Positions 30,185 through 40,784 of a DNA stretch of 64,000 nucleotides are shown one piece after another (the first letter of the stretch is position 1; each line of letters starts with the position of its first letter). The stretch is from the NCBI GenBank assembly GCA_002269645.1, contig NIVC01002210.1, forward strand, positions 62,001-126,000, written 5' to 3'. This DNA comes from Macrostomum lignano (Eukaryota). The position numbers and the translations under genes are program-made. The notes below the pieces were generated by a model. The model did no database searches and had not been told where the DNA came from. It was given only the letters and a program-made list of their open reading frames with translations.

Positions 30185-31705
30185 ATGGCTTCTAACCGAA
30201 GTACCCAACCGGCTGTGGATGACACAGTGCCTCCGGCCTCGGCTGGGGCCGTGGACTCCGCGGCCATACCACCTGCTACCATCGGGGACGCCTCGGCGAG
30301 ACCCGTGGAGCCAACTCTGAGCGGTGCCTCCGAGAAGACACCTGCTACTCCAGCTGCCAAGCAGCTGAGCACCACCTCTGGAGCTGCCCGCCGTCGACTT
30401 AACAAGGCGAGGCGGGCCAAGGAGGGCGGAAGCCTAACCGGCGCCAGGGGCCAACGGCCCGCGGCAGCGGAAGCTTCCTAATCTGGGGCGGTGGCGGAAG
30501 AGGGCCTCGAGCCCACTGAAGCCCCTGTCCAGGATGGGGAGGCCGATGCAGCCGGGAGGGTGGACAGCCCACCTGAAAAATGCTCCACCGACCCCCGGGC
30601 CTCCTACGCTGATGCGGCAAAGAGGCAACCGGCGGTTGTCATTCTGGGGAAGGACGCGCGCCTGTCTCCCGATCAGCTGAAGCAGGTGAGAGGTGCCGTT
30701 GATGGCCTCCTGTGGAAGCAAACTCTGAAGGGCACGCCTCTGAACATTCATTCGAATGCGACGAGGGACTCGTGCCTTCTCATTTGGCCCAGTGATGCTG
30801 ACTCGGGTCGGCGGCTCCTTGAGCTGCTGCCCGAGCAGAGCTGGGACCTCAACCTAGCCTTCTGCAGAGAGGACGAACGCCCCCGGACCAAGAGGCATCG
30901 AATCTGGGTTCCGGCCAGGAGCGTCGTTACCTCTGCTGACGAGCTCCGGAAAGGACTGCTAGCAGTCAACCGGGAGCTTCCCGCCGCGGGCCTAGTGGTG
31001 CATGACACCCTTAAGCGCACCGACGGCACTGGCTTCACAGCCATCCTGGGGCTGTCGGACGCCTGGGTGAGGCGCTATCCGCACGGCAGCTTCATCAACG
31101 TCGGCCTTTGGAAGCTGCGCATCCGCTCCTACGAGGCCGACCCTCCCCGTGGTGGTGAGCAGGGTGGGCGGAATGCCGAAGCAGCCGGGGCCGTGGCGCG
31201 AGCTTCTGCTCAGGCTGCCAAAGCAAACCGCCCCGCCCGGCAGCACGGCCGCGCGGGTAAAGCCGAGCGCGCTGCTGAGGGCGGAGGAGACCGACGCCCG
31301 GCACGCAGCACCAAGCGACGCGGCCTGTACCAGCGCGCAGCTGAGGCAGTCCGTACCGCCAAAATCACCCAGCTGAGGAGAGAGGTCGCCGGGACGCCTA
31401 GGCGCACCAGTTCGTCCAGGGAGGGTGGGGATGTCCCAGCTGGGCCCAACCCCTCGGGGCAGGGCCGACTGGAGACGGACCCGCCTGCCCAGGCGGCTGG
31501 CTGCTCCAGGGCATTGGGCCAGTCTGAAGCGGAGGACCCCATGGCTGGTGGGCGAAGGGCGGCGAACGCTGCCTATTGCCTTCCGACCAACCGGGGGCCT
31601 TTTGCTGAAGAAGAGCCCATGGACACCGGTGACCCCGACCCGAAGCTGGTGAGCGCCGAGGAGGAGGAGGAACTCCTGGCGACTGCAACACCCGATCTGC
31701 ACTGA
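30185..31705 (+). CDS. LINE ORF1 (DUF4780-like, no zinc knuckle), interrupted by one in-frame TAA at 30479-30481
   Basis: ORFs 30185-30481 and 30491-31705 are in the same frame. The SYADAAK...RIWVP...VGLWKLRI pattern resembles LOA-type ORF1. Confidence 0.75.
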
Positions 31706-34700
31706 TGCCAGCGGCTACCTGGTGTCTGCAGATCAACACCCAGCACTGCGTGGCGGCGTCAGTCAACCTGATGCGCACGACAGAGCAACAGCTTCCGGGC
31801 CTGGTCTTCGTACAGGAGCCCTGGATGACTAAAGGTAAGCCAAATAATGTGCCATCTGACTACCACTGTTTTTGCATGGCGGACTCTCAGCCTGGCCCAA
31901 GATCTCTGGTCTTTGCTGCAAAAGCTTTTGAAGCATGGATGAGACCTGATCTCTCGACTGGGGACATCTGTGTTGTTCAAATCAATAACCTCATTCCAAA
32001 TAAACCTGCGCTGGTAGCATCTGCCTATTTCCCAGGCGATGCCCCAGTAGTCTGCGACGCACTAGTCAACCTCATTGACTATGCCGCGTCCCGACGGTTC
32101 GAGCTGCTCATTGCAGGGGATGTGAACGCACACCACCTGCATTGGGGCAGCAAGAACACCAATAACAGAGGCGAGGAGCTGCTGGCCTACGTCAGCAGCA
32201 CAAACCTCAATTTCTGTAACGTGGGCAATGCACCAACGTTCAATAATGGGCGGTGGGCCGAAGTCATCGACACCACCATCGCCTCACCCGGACTGCTTTC
32301 CGCAGTCACGGGCTGGCGAGTGTGGGACGAGGACTCGCTCTCGGACCACCGCTTTATCCGCTTTTGCATTGGGCCGACCAAGCAAAAGCCTAAAGTCACT
32401 TGGAGTCGGAACGTCAGGAACACCGATTGGGCCGCCTTTGGCTCGAAGCTGAGCCGCGGCCTTCGGGATCTTGACCCCCCCAGTGACCTCTCTGACTGCC
32501 AGGTGATGGATGATCTCGCCTCCTCCCTGGGCGGGGCGATCACCACTGCCTTTGAAGCAGCCTGCCCCCTAAAGGCCTATAAAGGCAAGAAATCTGCTCC
32601 CTGGTGGAACCCAGAGCTCGGGGCCCTTCGGCGCCGAGCCAGGACCCTCCAAAGGCGAGCACTCAAAACCAAAGACCCATCTGATATAGAGGCCTACACC
32701 CGTGCGATCCACGAGTTTAAGGGCCAAGTCAGAAGGGCCAAGACGGACAAGTGGCGCCAATATTGCGAAGGGCTTGAGGGCTCTCGCCCCGTAGCCCGCG
32801 TGGTTAAGGCACTCACTAATGACCGTTTTTCTAAACTCTCTGTTGTGAAGAGACCTGATGGCTCGGTCACAGAGAGTTCGGAAGAGACTCTAGAGCTCAT
32901 GCTCAACAGTTTTTTCCCTAAATCTCCGACTCAGCAGGGCCCGCCCGACCACACAGTGGGAGGGCAAGGCCTAGCAAAGTCTATGATCACCAAAGACCGC
33001 ATTATTAGAGCGGCAAGGTCCTTTAACCCGTTCAAGGCGCCTGGGCCCGACGGCATCTACCCAGCGTTCTTGCACGAGGCGGTAAAAAACCACCGCTTCC
33101 TGGACCTGCTCTGTCGTCTCCCTCGAGCTTGTATGGAGCTGGGCTATGTACCAGTTGCATGGAGAGAGGCCCGGGTGGTCTTTATCCCCAAGCCTGGAAA
33201 GAGCGACTACCAATCGGTGAAGGCCTTCAGGCCTATCAGCCTCACTTCTTTCTGCCTCAAGCTCCTCGAGAGACTGGTGCTTTGGCGCCTACTTTCGGTC
33301 GAGCTGAAGCGCTTCCCACTCTCGCAGAACCAGCACGCCTTCCGCGCGGGCAGGTCAACCGAGAGTGCTCTCCATGTCATTGTTGACTTCCTGGAGAGGG
33401 CCGTTCTTGGCAGCGGCTTTGCCCTCTCGCTTTTCCTGGACATTGAGGGGGCCTTCGACAACGTCATCTTCGATGCCTTTTGCAGAGCCCTGGAATCCAG
33501 GGCCACGCACCCTCACCTTGTCCGGTGGATCATGTTCATGATCCGGAACCGCACTGTTGTGGCCCACCTGAACGGCAGCTCTCTTTCGGTGCCTGTCCTG
33601 AAAGGGGGCCCCCAGGGCGGCGTTCTCACCCCCGTTCTCTGGAACATGGTCATGGATGAGTTGCTTTGCAGTGATCTCCACGACCCCATTCTCAAGGTGG
33701 GCTATGCCGATGATGTGACCGCGATATGCGCGGGCCCCTCGGTTGATACCATCAGAGACCTGCAGGGCTTTCTGGGACGAGCGGAGCGTTGGGCAAACCA
33801 ATGTGGCCTTAGACTCTCAGAGTCGAAAACCACAGCAGTCATGTTTACCAACAAACTGCTCTGGACCATTAAGCCCCTCACCCTCTATGGAAAGAATATT
33901 TCCATGGAGAAGCAGGTCCGCTGCCTGGGCCTCACTCTGGACCACAGGCTTAACTGGACTCCGCACATTCAAACTAAAGCCAAAAAAGCCCTGGCTGTCC
34001 TGGCTCAGATCAGGCGCGCCGTGGGCACCACCTGGGGGCTCACCCCCAGGAAGCTGTGGTGGATTTACACTGCCATCATCCGCCCCTCGATCAGTTACGC
34101 CAGCCTCGTGTGGGCTAGCGGCCTGAGCGTCAAGAGCAACCTCGACGCTCTCTACAAAATCCAGGGCAGAGCCTGCCGCATGACTATGGGCGCTCCACCC
34201 TCTACTCCTTTTGAAGGCATGAATGCCTTCCTCTGTGCCCCTCCTTTGGATATATATATCAAAGGAGAGGCGGCGAAGAGCACCCGGCGTCTTCTGGATG
34301 CTGGGGTGGCCTTCAAGAAAGTGCGGGCCTTTAAGAAGCGGTCGCTTATCCCGCACTCTGACCTCTGCCTCAAGGCTCTCGAGGAGTGTGGCGGGCTCAA
34401 CATCCTCACGGACTCGATCCCAGCCACCCTTCTCCTGAGCCAAAGGTATAAGGTCACCATTCAGCCTCGACACGAGGCGAGTGACAGCTGGAGCGATTCT
34501 GAAGTCCACTGTTACACTGACGGCTCTATGAGGCATGGTCGTTCAGGCTTCGGAGCTTGCGTCTTCTTTAAGGGAGAAGTGGTGTGGAGCTACTCCCAAC
34601 ACACTGGGCTCAACTCCAGTGTTTTTCAGAGCGAGGTGCTTGCCATCAGCTCCTGCGCGGCAGAGCTGCGCCGAAGGCAGCTTGGCGGCCGGAAATTTAT

Positions 34701-35403
34701 TTTTCACTCTGACAGCCAAGCTGCCCTTCGGGCCCTCTGCCGCAGCACCGCCAGCTCCAGGTCCGTCCTGGACTGCAACACCCAGCTCAACGGGCTTGCG
34801 CTAGGCAACCAAGTGGAGCTCAGATGGATCCCGGGCCACGCCGGCTTCCTCGGCAACGAGCGCGCTGACCTGCTGGCCAAGGCTGGCTCCGTCGGCGCGC
34901 TGCTGGGGCCGGGCCCGGGAGCCCCCATCCCCGCCTCGGTGATCAATTCCCGCGTTAAGCGATGGGCTGACTCCGAGCATCTCCGCAGGTGGCACGACAC
35001 CCGGAATTGTAGGCAATCCCGTGCTGCCGTCCCCTGCCCCTCTCCTCTCCTGCGTAGAGCCCTCCTCAGGCTCAACCGCAGAGACCTCAGAGCAGTTAGC
35101 ATGGCCCTCTCCGGGCATGGCTGCTTCTCTCGCCACCGTTTCCTTCAGGGCCAAGTACCCGAGGAGCGGTGCCCCTTCTGCCGCTCAGGCAGTGAAAACG
35201 CCGAGCATTTTATCTGCCACTGCCCGGTTTTCACCAGGGCCAGGCTTACTCACCTCGGGCCAAACCCGGTTCTCTCCGACGTTTGCAGGCCCGAGAGCAT
35301 CCCGCTGCTCGCCCGGTACCTCAGGGACACCGGACGAGCTGATTTCTTCCCCACCGTCGGTGAGGAGGACCGCGCTGCAGGCGAGACCGACGGGTCCCCC
35401 TGA
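31705..35403 (+). CDS. LINE ORF2 polyprotein: AP endonuclease, reverse transcriptase, RNase H, C-terminal CCHC
   Basis: Uninterrupted 1232 aa. VQEPW, GDVNAH, SDHRFI; KAPGPDG, FRPISL, LDIEGAFDNV, GGPQGGVLTP, GYADD; YTDGS, FQSEV, SDSQAAL, WIPGH, GNERAD; CPFC-x8-HFICHC. Confidence 0.97.
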   Translation: MPAATWCLQINTQHCVAASVNLMRTTEQQLPGLVFVQEPWMTKGKPNNVPSDYHCFCMADSQPGPRSLVFAAKAFEAWMRPDLSTGDICVVQINNLIPNKPALVASAYFPGDAPVVCDALVNLIDYAASRRFELLIAGDVNAHHLHWGSKNTNNRGEELLAYVSSTNLNFCNVGNAPTFNNGRWAEVIDTTIASPGLLSAVTGWRVWDEDSLSDHRFIRFCIGPTKQKPKVTWSRNVRNTDWAAFGSKLSRGLRDLDPPSDLSDCQVMDDLASSLGGAITTAFEAACPLKAYKGKKSAPWWNPELGALRRRARTLQRRALKTKDPSDIEAYTRAIHEFKGQVRRAKTDKWRQYCEGLEGSRPVARVVKALTNDRFSKLSVVKRPDGSVTESSEETLELMLNSFFPKSPTQQGPPDHTVGGQGLAKSMITKDRIIRAARSFNPFKAPGPDGIYPAFLHEAVKNHRFLDLLCRLPRACMELGYVPVAWREARVVFIPKPGKSDYQSVKAFRPISLTSFCLKLLERLVLWRLLSVELKRFPLSQNQHAFRAGRSTESALHVIVDFLERAVLGSGFALSLFLDIEGAFDNVIFDAFCRALESRATHPHLVRWIMFMIRNRTVVAHLNGSSLSVPVLKGGPQGGVLTPVLWNMVMDELLCSDLHDPILKVGYADDVTAICAGPSVDTIRDLQGFLGRAERWANQCGLRLSESKTTAVMFTNKLLWTIKPLTLYGKNISMEKQVRCLGLTLDHRLNWTPHIQTKAKKALAVLAQIRRAVGTTWGLTPRKLWWIYTAIIRPSISYASLVWASGLSVKSNLDALYKIQGRACRMTMGAPPSTPFEGMNAFLCAPPLDIYIKGEAAKSTRRLLDAGVAFKKVRAFKKRSLIPHSDLCLKALEECGGLNILTDSIPATLLLSQRYKVTIQPRHEASDSWSDSEVHCYTDGSMRHGRSGFGACVFFKGEVVWSYSQHTGLNSSVFQSEVLAISSCAAELRRRQLGGRKFIFHSDSQAALRALCRSTASSRSVLDCNTQLNGLALGNQVELRWIPGHAGFLGNERADLLAKAGSVGALLGPGPGAPIPASVINSRVKRWADSEHLRRWHDTRNCRQSRAAVPCPSPLLRRALLRLNRRDLRAVSMALSGHGCFSRHRFLQGQVPEERCPFCRSGSENAEHFICHCPVFTRARLTHLGPNPVLSDVCRPESIPLLARYLRDTGRADFFPTVGEEDRAAGETDGSP

Positions 35404-35979
35404 GCGACACCACTTCAACGGAAGTCGTTGGTCGCCAGGGGCTAGCGGAATGGGCGGTCTCCTCCGCCTCCTCGCTGCATCCGCCGGACGCCCCCTGCAG
35501 CTAAGTAAGTAAGTAAGGCTTTGAATATATTCAGTTCAGTTCACTAGGGAAAGGCACACGGCAATTTTAGGCTTACTTTGATTTGATTGAACTTAGTGCC
35601 TTTGGGCACTACCATAAAGTCTCTCTTAAACAATTAAATTTAAAGACATTAAAGTTCACAAGACTGTAACTGGGCTCGTAGAGGCCAATTATCATGAAAA
35701 AAGTTTTTTTACACAAACAGCTGATTGTCATGACTGTTGGCAGCTTGGCTGTTGTTGTTTTTTTACATGAAACTCTTCCCCTCCTAACTTGTCCGCCAAA
35801 CTAGAGTTAAATAGGCCCATCCGCCATACATTCAAAAATATAGTCCGGTCAATATGAATATAACCCTGAGTCCCTGATCAACCTGATCAACCTGTAAAAC
35901 GTAGCGAAAGTTTTTTGAAGAATAATTTTTTTATTTAATTAAATGAATTGAGAGGTAGAACGACCAGTCAACAAACCGA

Positions 35980-38900
35980 ACCTCCATGGCTGACCCGCGC
36001 GACACTGAAGCCCTCTACGAAGCCCTAGGGCAACTCCTGGACTCGGCGCCTTCTCGCGACATTGTCATCATCGCTGGTGACTTCAACGCCACACTCCCTG
36101 CTGACGGCAGGCTCGTCAAGAACAGATGTGGAACTCCGAACGCTAACTCTGCAATCCTAGCAAACTTCATCCAAGCCAGAGACCTCGGTCCAATCAGTGG
36201 CTTCATGCGCCAACCCATCAAAAAGCTTCCAACTTTAGTCGGCACCAACAACAGAGTTACCCGGCTCGATTGGATCATGACTCACCTCTCAAACAAGAAC
36301 GGGTCTACGACGTTTGCCTGCGGGATGTTTGCCAGACGACGTTTGCCAGCGAGACGTTTGCCAGCCGACGTTTACCAGCCGACGTTTGCCAGCCGACGTT
36401 TGCCTGCGGGACGTTTGCCAGCCGACGTTTGCCTGCGGGACGTTTGCCAGCCGACGTTTGCCTGCGGGACGTTTGCCAGCCGACGTTTGCCTGCTGGAAG
36501 TTTGCCAGAAAATATGTGCCAGCCAATATAAATCCAGTCAGTGAAAAATTTGATACTGAAATATTCGCAGTTTAGCGGTTTGACAAAAATCGTTTTTACT
36601 CAAACTTTTTGACGGTTATTTGCATATATACAAGTTTGAAAGCAAAATCTATAAATTATGCTATTTATTAGTCTAACATCTAATATCTAGTTTAATAACG
36701 ATTTTCTTTGAATGTGAAAATATAGTTTACTTAATTTTTGACAATTGTGTATCGTTTTTTCCAGTTTGAGATGCTTGATTTTTGATGTGCGAAAGAAGAC
36801 ACGCAGATTAAAACGGGAATCTCCAGCGATTTAAGGTATGAAGCAAACAAAAAGAGCTGCTGAGCGGTGGCTTATCTATTTCTCAGTTCATTGGGGGATC
36901 CAAAAGTAAGCAAATTGATTCCAATGCTGTTGTATTACTACTCAAGTAAGACAGGAAACCGCGATCTCAACGTACATGTGTAGACGAGTCGAATGCGGTA
37001 CGTTTGTATAGTAAGCTAGCTGAATAGCCAGACAAGCCGCCAGTAGCAAGAACTAGTAGGATAGCAAGCGCTAGACACTTCGTATACAAAGCTTAGTCAC
37101 GCCAAGGACTACTAAAGTAGAAGGACGCGCAGCAGTCGAAGTCTATGGAAAATGTTTTGAAGGCCATAGGGAGATAGGAAGTTTTCATCTTTTCAGCACA
37201 ACAATTGTTATTGCTTTCATACGAGGCAAACCCATTGTTCATCTTTTGATATGTTGTGCCAAAATCGTTGTTAAACTAGATATTAGACGTTAGACTAATG
37301 AACTGCATAATTTATATATTTTGCTTTCAAACTTGTATACATGCGAATAACCGTCAAAAAGTTGGAGTAAAAACGGTTTTTGTCAAACCGCTAAACTGCG
37401 AATATTTCAGTATCAAATTTTTCACTGACTGGCTTTATATTGGCTAGAACATTTTTTCCGGCAAACTTCCAGCAGGCAAACGTCGGCTGGCAAACTTCGG
37501 CTGGCAAACGTCTCGCAGGCAAACGTCGGCTGGCAAACGTCGGCTGGCAAATGTCGGCAGGCAAATGTCGGCTGGCAAACGTCCCGCAGGCAAACGTCGG
37601 GCAGGCAAACGTCGGCTGGCAAACGTCGGCTGGCAAACGTCCCGCAGGCAAACGTCGGCTGGCAAACGTCCCGCAGGCAAACGTCGGCTGGCAAACGTCG
37701 GCTGGCAAACGTCGGCTGGCAAACGTCGGCTGGCAAACGTCCCTCAGGCAAACGTCGCTATCCCAACAAGAACAGAATGCCACGAGTTGTCAACATCCGC
37801 CCCAGCTGCGTTCAGTCCGACCACAGTATGCTGGCCTGCAATGTCGACCTAAGCTGGATGAAATTCAAGAAGCCCAAGCCCTACCCGCTCTGGGCCGACC
37901 TTCGCAACCCCGACACCCGCGACCCCCGCGAGATATTTCTGCGCAAGCTGCTCTCTGCTGAACCTAGCCCTGGTGAGTCCGATAGCGCCTTTACGGCTGC
38001 TGTTGAATCAGCTGCAGCCAATCTGCTCCCCAGGCGCAAACCGAACCAGCCCAAAGCTGTATGGGATTCGTATCCGGGGATCGCACAAGCCAGACACAAG
38101 GCCAGACAAAGAGTTCAGAGTGCCAAAGCCACGCAGGGGCAGGACAGTGACGAAGCCACCATCAGCCGCGAAGAGCTGCAACGCGTCTATGCCGAGAGGA
38201 TCCAGGCCCACGTCTCCGTAGCCGTCACAGAAATTGAAACTGCAACTGCAAACTGCAAGCACGCTGCAGCCTGGAGAGCTATAAACTGACTAACTGGCAG
38301 AAAACCTCGCCCCTCCGCCCCCGTGGGAGCCGAATCGATAGACCACCACAAATCGATTCTCGCTGATCACTATCGCAAAGTTCTCAACAACCTGAGACTG
38401 AACTTGTGCTAGTCCCGAATTTTAGCCATATCACCAACAATGACATATTTGACTGCGGACCCATCACTCAAGCAGAGGTGCGCAAAGCGCTTGCCACAAT
38501 GCGACCCGACGCTGCCACCGGCGCTGACGGTGTGCCTCCCCGTGTCCTAAAGTTAACCGAGCTGATACCGGTGATCACTGGCTTACTGAACAAGTACAGT
38601 CCTCTAGGAGGAGACCCAGACGCCACCGCCCACCACCTTGGCGGATTTCAAAGATTGTCTCCATTCCCAAAAAGGACCATCGACCAGCTTAGACAACCAG
38701 CGTGGCATCGCACTCGAACCCGCACTGCCAAAGCTACTCAACTCCATCATCCGCAATTGCCTGCTACGTGGACTCGACGCGCAGCTTCTCAGTGTTCAGA
38801 GCGGCTTCCGCCCCGGCTGATCGACAATTGAGCAAATCGCGACAATCCGCACAATTGTTGAAGCCTGCAAGACACGTCAGATGTCTGTCTCGATTGCGTT

Positions 38901-39990
38901 TGTAGACTTTCGCAAAGCTTTCGATTCGATCTTCCGGCTGGCCATTACCGGGCTCCACTCCGAGTACGGCGTCCCCGGCGCTCTCATCCGCGCCGTCATG
39001 AACCTCTACGTGGACACGAACGCCTTCGTCCAGACTACCGACGGCCCAACTAAAGAATTTCCGACCACCTCTGGAGTGCTTCAGGGGGACACCCTGGCCC
39101 CCTTCTCTTCATTCTCGCGATCGACTATGTCCTACGGCGATCCCTGTGAGAAGAAGACAGCTACATCTTGGCCTCCAGGAGGGGCCCTCGGCAACCCACC
39201 ATCATCCTCGCCGCCTTAGCTTACGCCGATGACATCGCTCTAGTGTGCAGGGATGAGCTAGCGGTTCAGCGCGCCCTGGACAGACTTTGCCTGGAAGCTT
39301 CGCGCGTCGGCCTCATTGTCAACGGGAGAAAAACCGAAGTGATGCACATCGGCACCAGCACCGCGCCCGAGCTGAGCCTGCCGAGCAGCGAAACGATCTC
39401 AACCTGCCAAGACTTCCGCTACCTGAGCGTGCTAATCTTGAATCCTGAAGATATCATCACGGACCGGAAAGCACAAGCCTGGCGTGCTGCAGTCAAGATC
39501 AGCCCTATCTTCAGCTCCGCAGCGCCTGACGCCCTCAAGATCAAGCTTTCCGCGCCACAGTCGAACCGATCCTGCTCTACGGACTGGAAGCCGTACCGGT
39601 GACCACCACCCGGGAAAACGCGCTAAACGGCATCTACCGGGCGCTTCTCCGCTACACACTCGGCATCCGATTCCCCGTGACCATCTCGAACCGCGATCTC
39701 GACCGGCGCAACGGCCTTCCGCCTCTCAGCGTTATCCTGCGACGGCGGCGACAAACCCTCGCCGGCCACGTTCTGCGTCGGCACGGTCGCGGTGAAGCCA
39801 ACCCTCTCGCGATGGCGCTGCTTCACCCACCGCGAGAACGGCTTCGACGTGGCCAAGGCCGTGCTGCCACGCTGATCCAGACTCTGACTAACGACCTCAG
39901 TGACCTTGACCTGACCCCGAGTGACACTGCTCTCTGCCCCTCTGAGCTGTTTCGCGAACGCGTCCGCGCTAGGATTCTGTAACCCAATGC
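35980..39990 (+). mobile_element. Decayed, 5'-truncated RTE-like non-LTR retrotransposon (APE plus RT), split by a DNA element
   Basis: GDFNA, RLDWI, SDHSML, ATGADG, NQRGIAL, QSGFRPG, FVDFRKAFDSI, GVLQGDTLAP and LAYADDIAL spread over several frames with stops. Confidence 0.88.
36301..37764. mobile_element. Non-autonomous Mutator-like/foldback element, 1464 bp
   Basis: Inverted arms of about 400-500 bp (36301 to about 36703, about 37259 to 37764) with GACGTTTGCC subrepeats and GGG termini. 9-bp TSD AACAAGAAC at 36292-36300 and 37765-37773. Removing the element restores the RTE reading frame (LSNKN-RMPRVV). Confidence 0.93.
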
Positions 39991-40784
39991 GTCTTTTTTA
40001 TTCTCCATTCTATACGTCGTACATGTACAAGTACGAGAAAGGAAACTAAAGCATGAAAAAGACTAAAACGATTCTATACAATTACATAGATTTACATGCA
40101 CATGTACATGTATAATAAGCAGCACTATGAGGTTGGATAGTATGATGATTCTAAAATAAAGTACGGTAAAGACAGCAATTTACATGACTATCCCCCTGTG
40201 TATAACTTTGTCCGCGACTTTTCGATCAGAGCCTGCTGGGTGCCTGCTGGGTGTTAAAACTTCTGACTATATTTTCAGTCCCATGGCTGGCTAGACATAC
40301 ATACATGTAGTCGCATGAAATTATGAAAATACAAGCTACGGAGCAGATCGTAAAAACCCCAGGTGCATGAAAAGCAGTAGCAAAGTTGGTTGCTAGCAGA
40401 GGGTCAATACGATCACTGCAATCACCGCAGTTTTGCAGTGATCGCTAAGATCGCTTCCAGCTGCTTGCTGCACAGTGCAAATTTCTGCGAGACCTCCATA
40501 GGTAAACCGTTCTGGTTGGTCGATTTCTCTCCCTCTCTCATCCCTTACTAAGCCTTCCGAAGCAATTCCCTCAGCCAAGGACGAGCCAAGCGGCCAACCC
40601 ACCCGAGCCATGCTGTGCGCAATGCCTGCTGTCTCTCCTTGTACGGATATGCAAAGCAGAAACTAGGTGTTCGAGGCAAACGCGTTTCTGCCAAAGCGTG
40701 CCCCAATATTTCAGCAGAAAAAATGACTGGAAATTGGGGTAAAAACCGTGACGGTGCATGCAGAAATCACGGATTCGACAGGCC

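Larger units (their letters stand above)
29705..35517 (+). mobile_element. Non-LTR retrotransposon of the LOA/R1 (I-group) type, near full length
   Basis: Abrupt rise in GC content, ORF1 plus ORF2 (APE-RT-RNaseH-CCHC), and a 3' (TAAG)4 tail at about 35502-35518. The 5' boundary is approximate and no clear TSD was found. Confidence 0.92.

Noticed and set aside
36305-37780. ORFs with repeated CQPTFASRRLP motifs (also 5397-6404)
   Set aside because: Translations of foldback TIR subrepeats.
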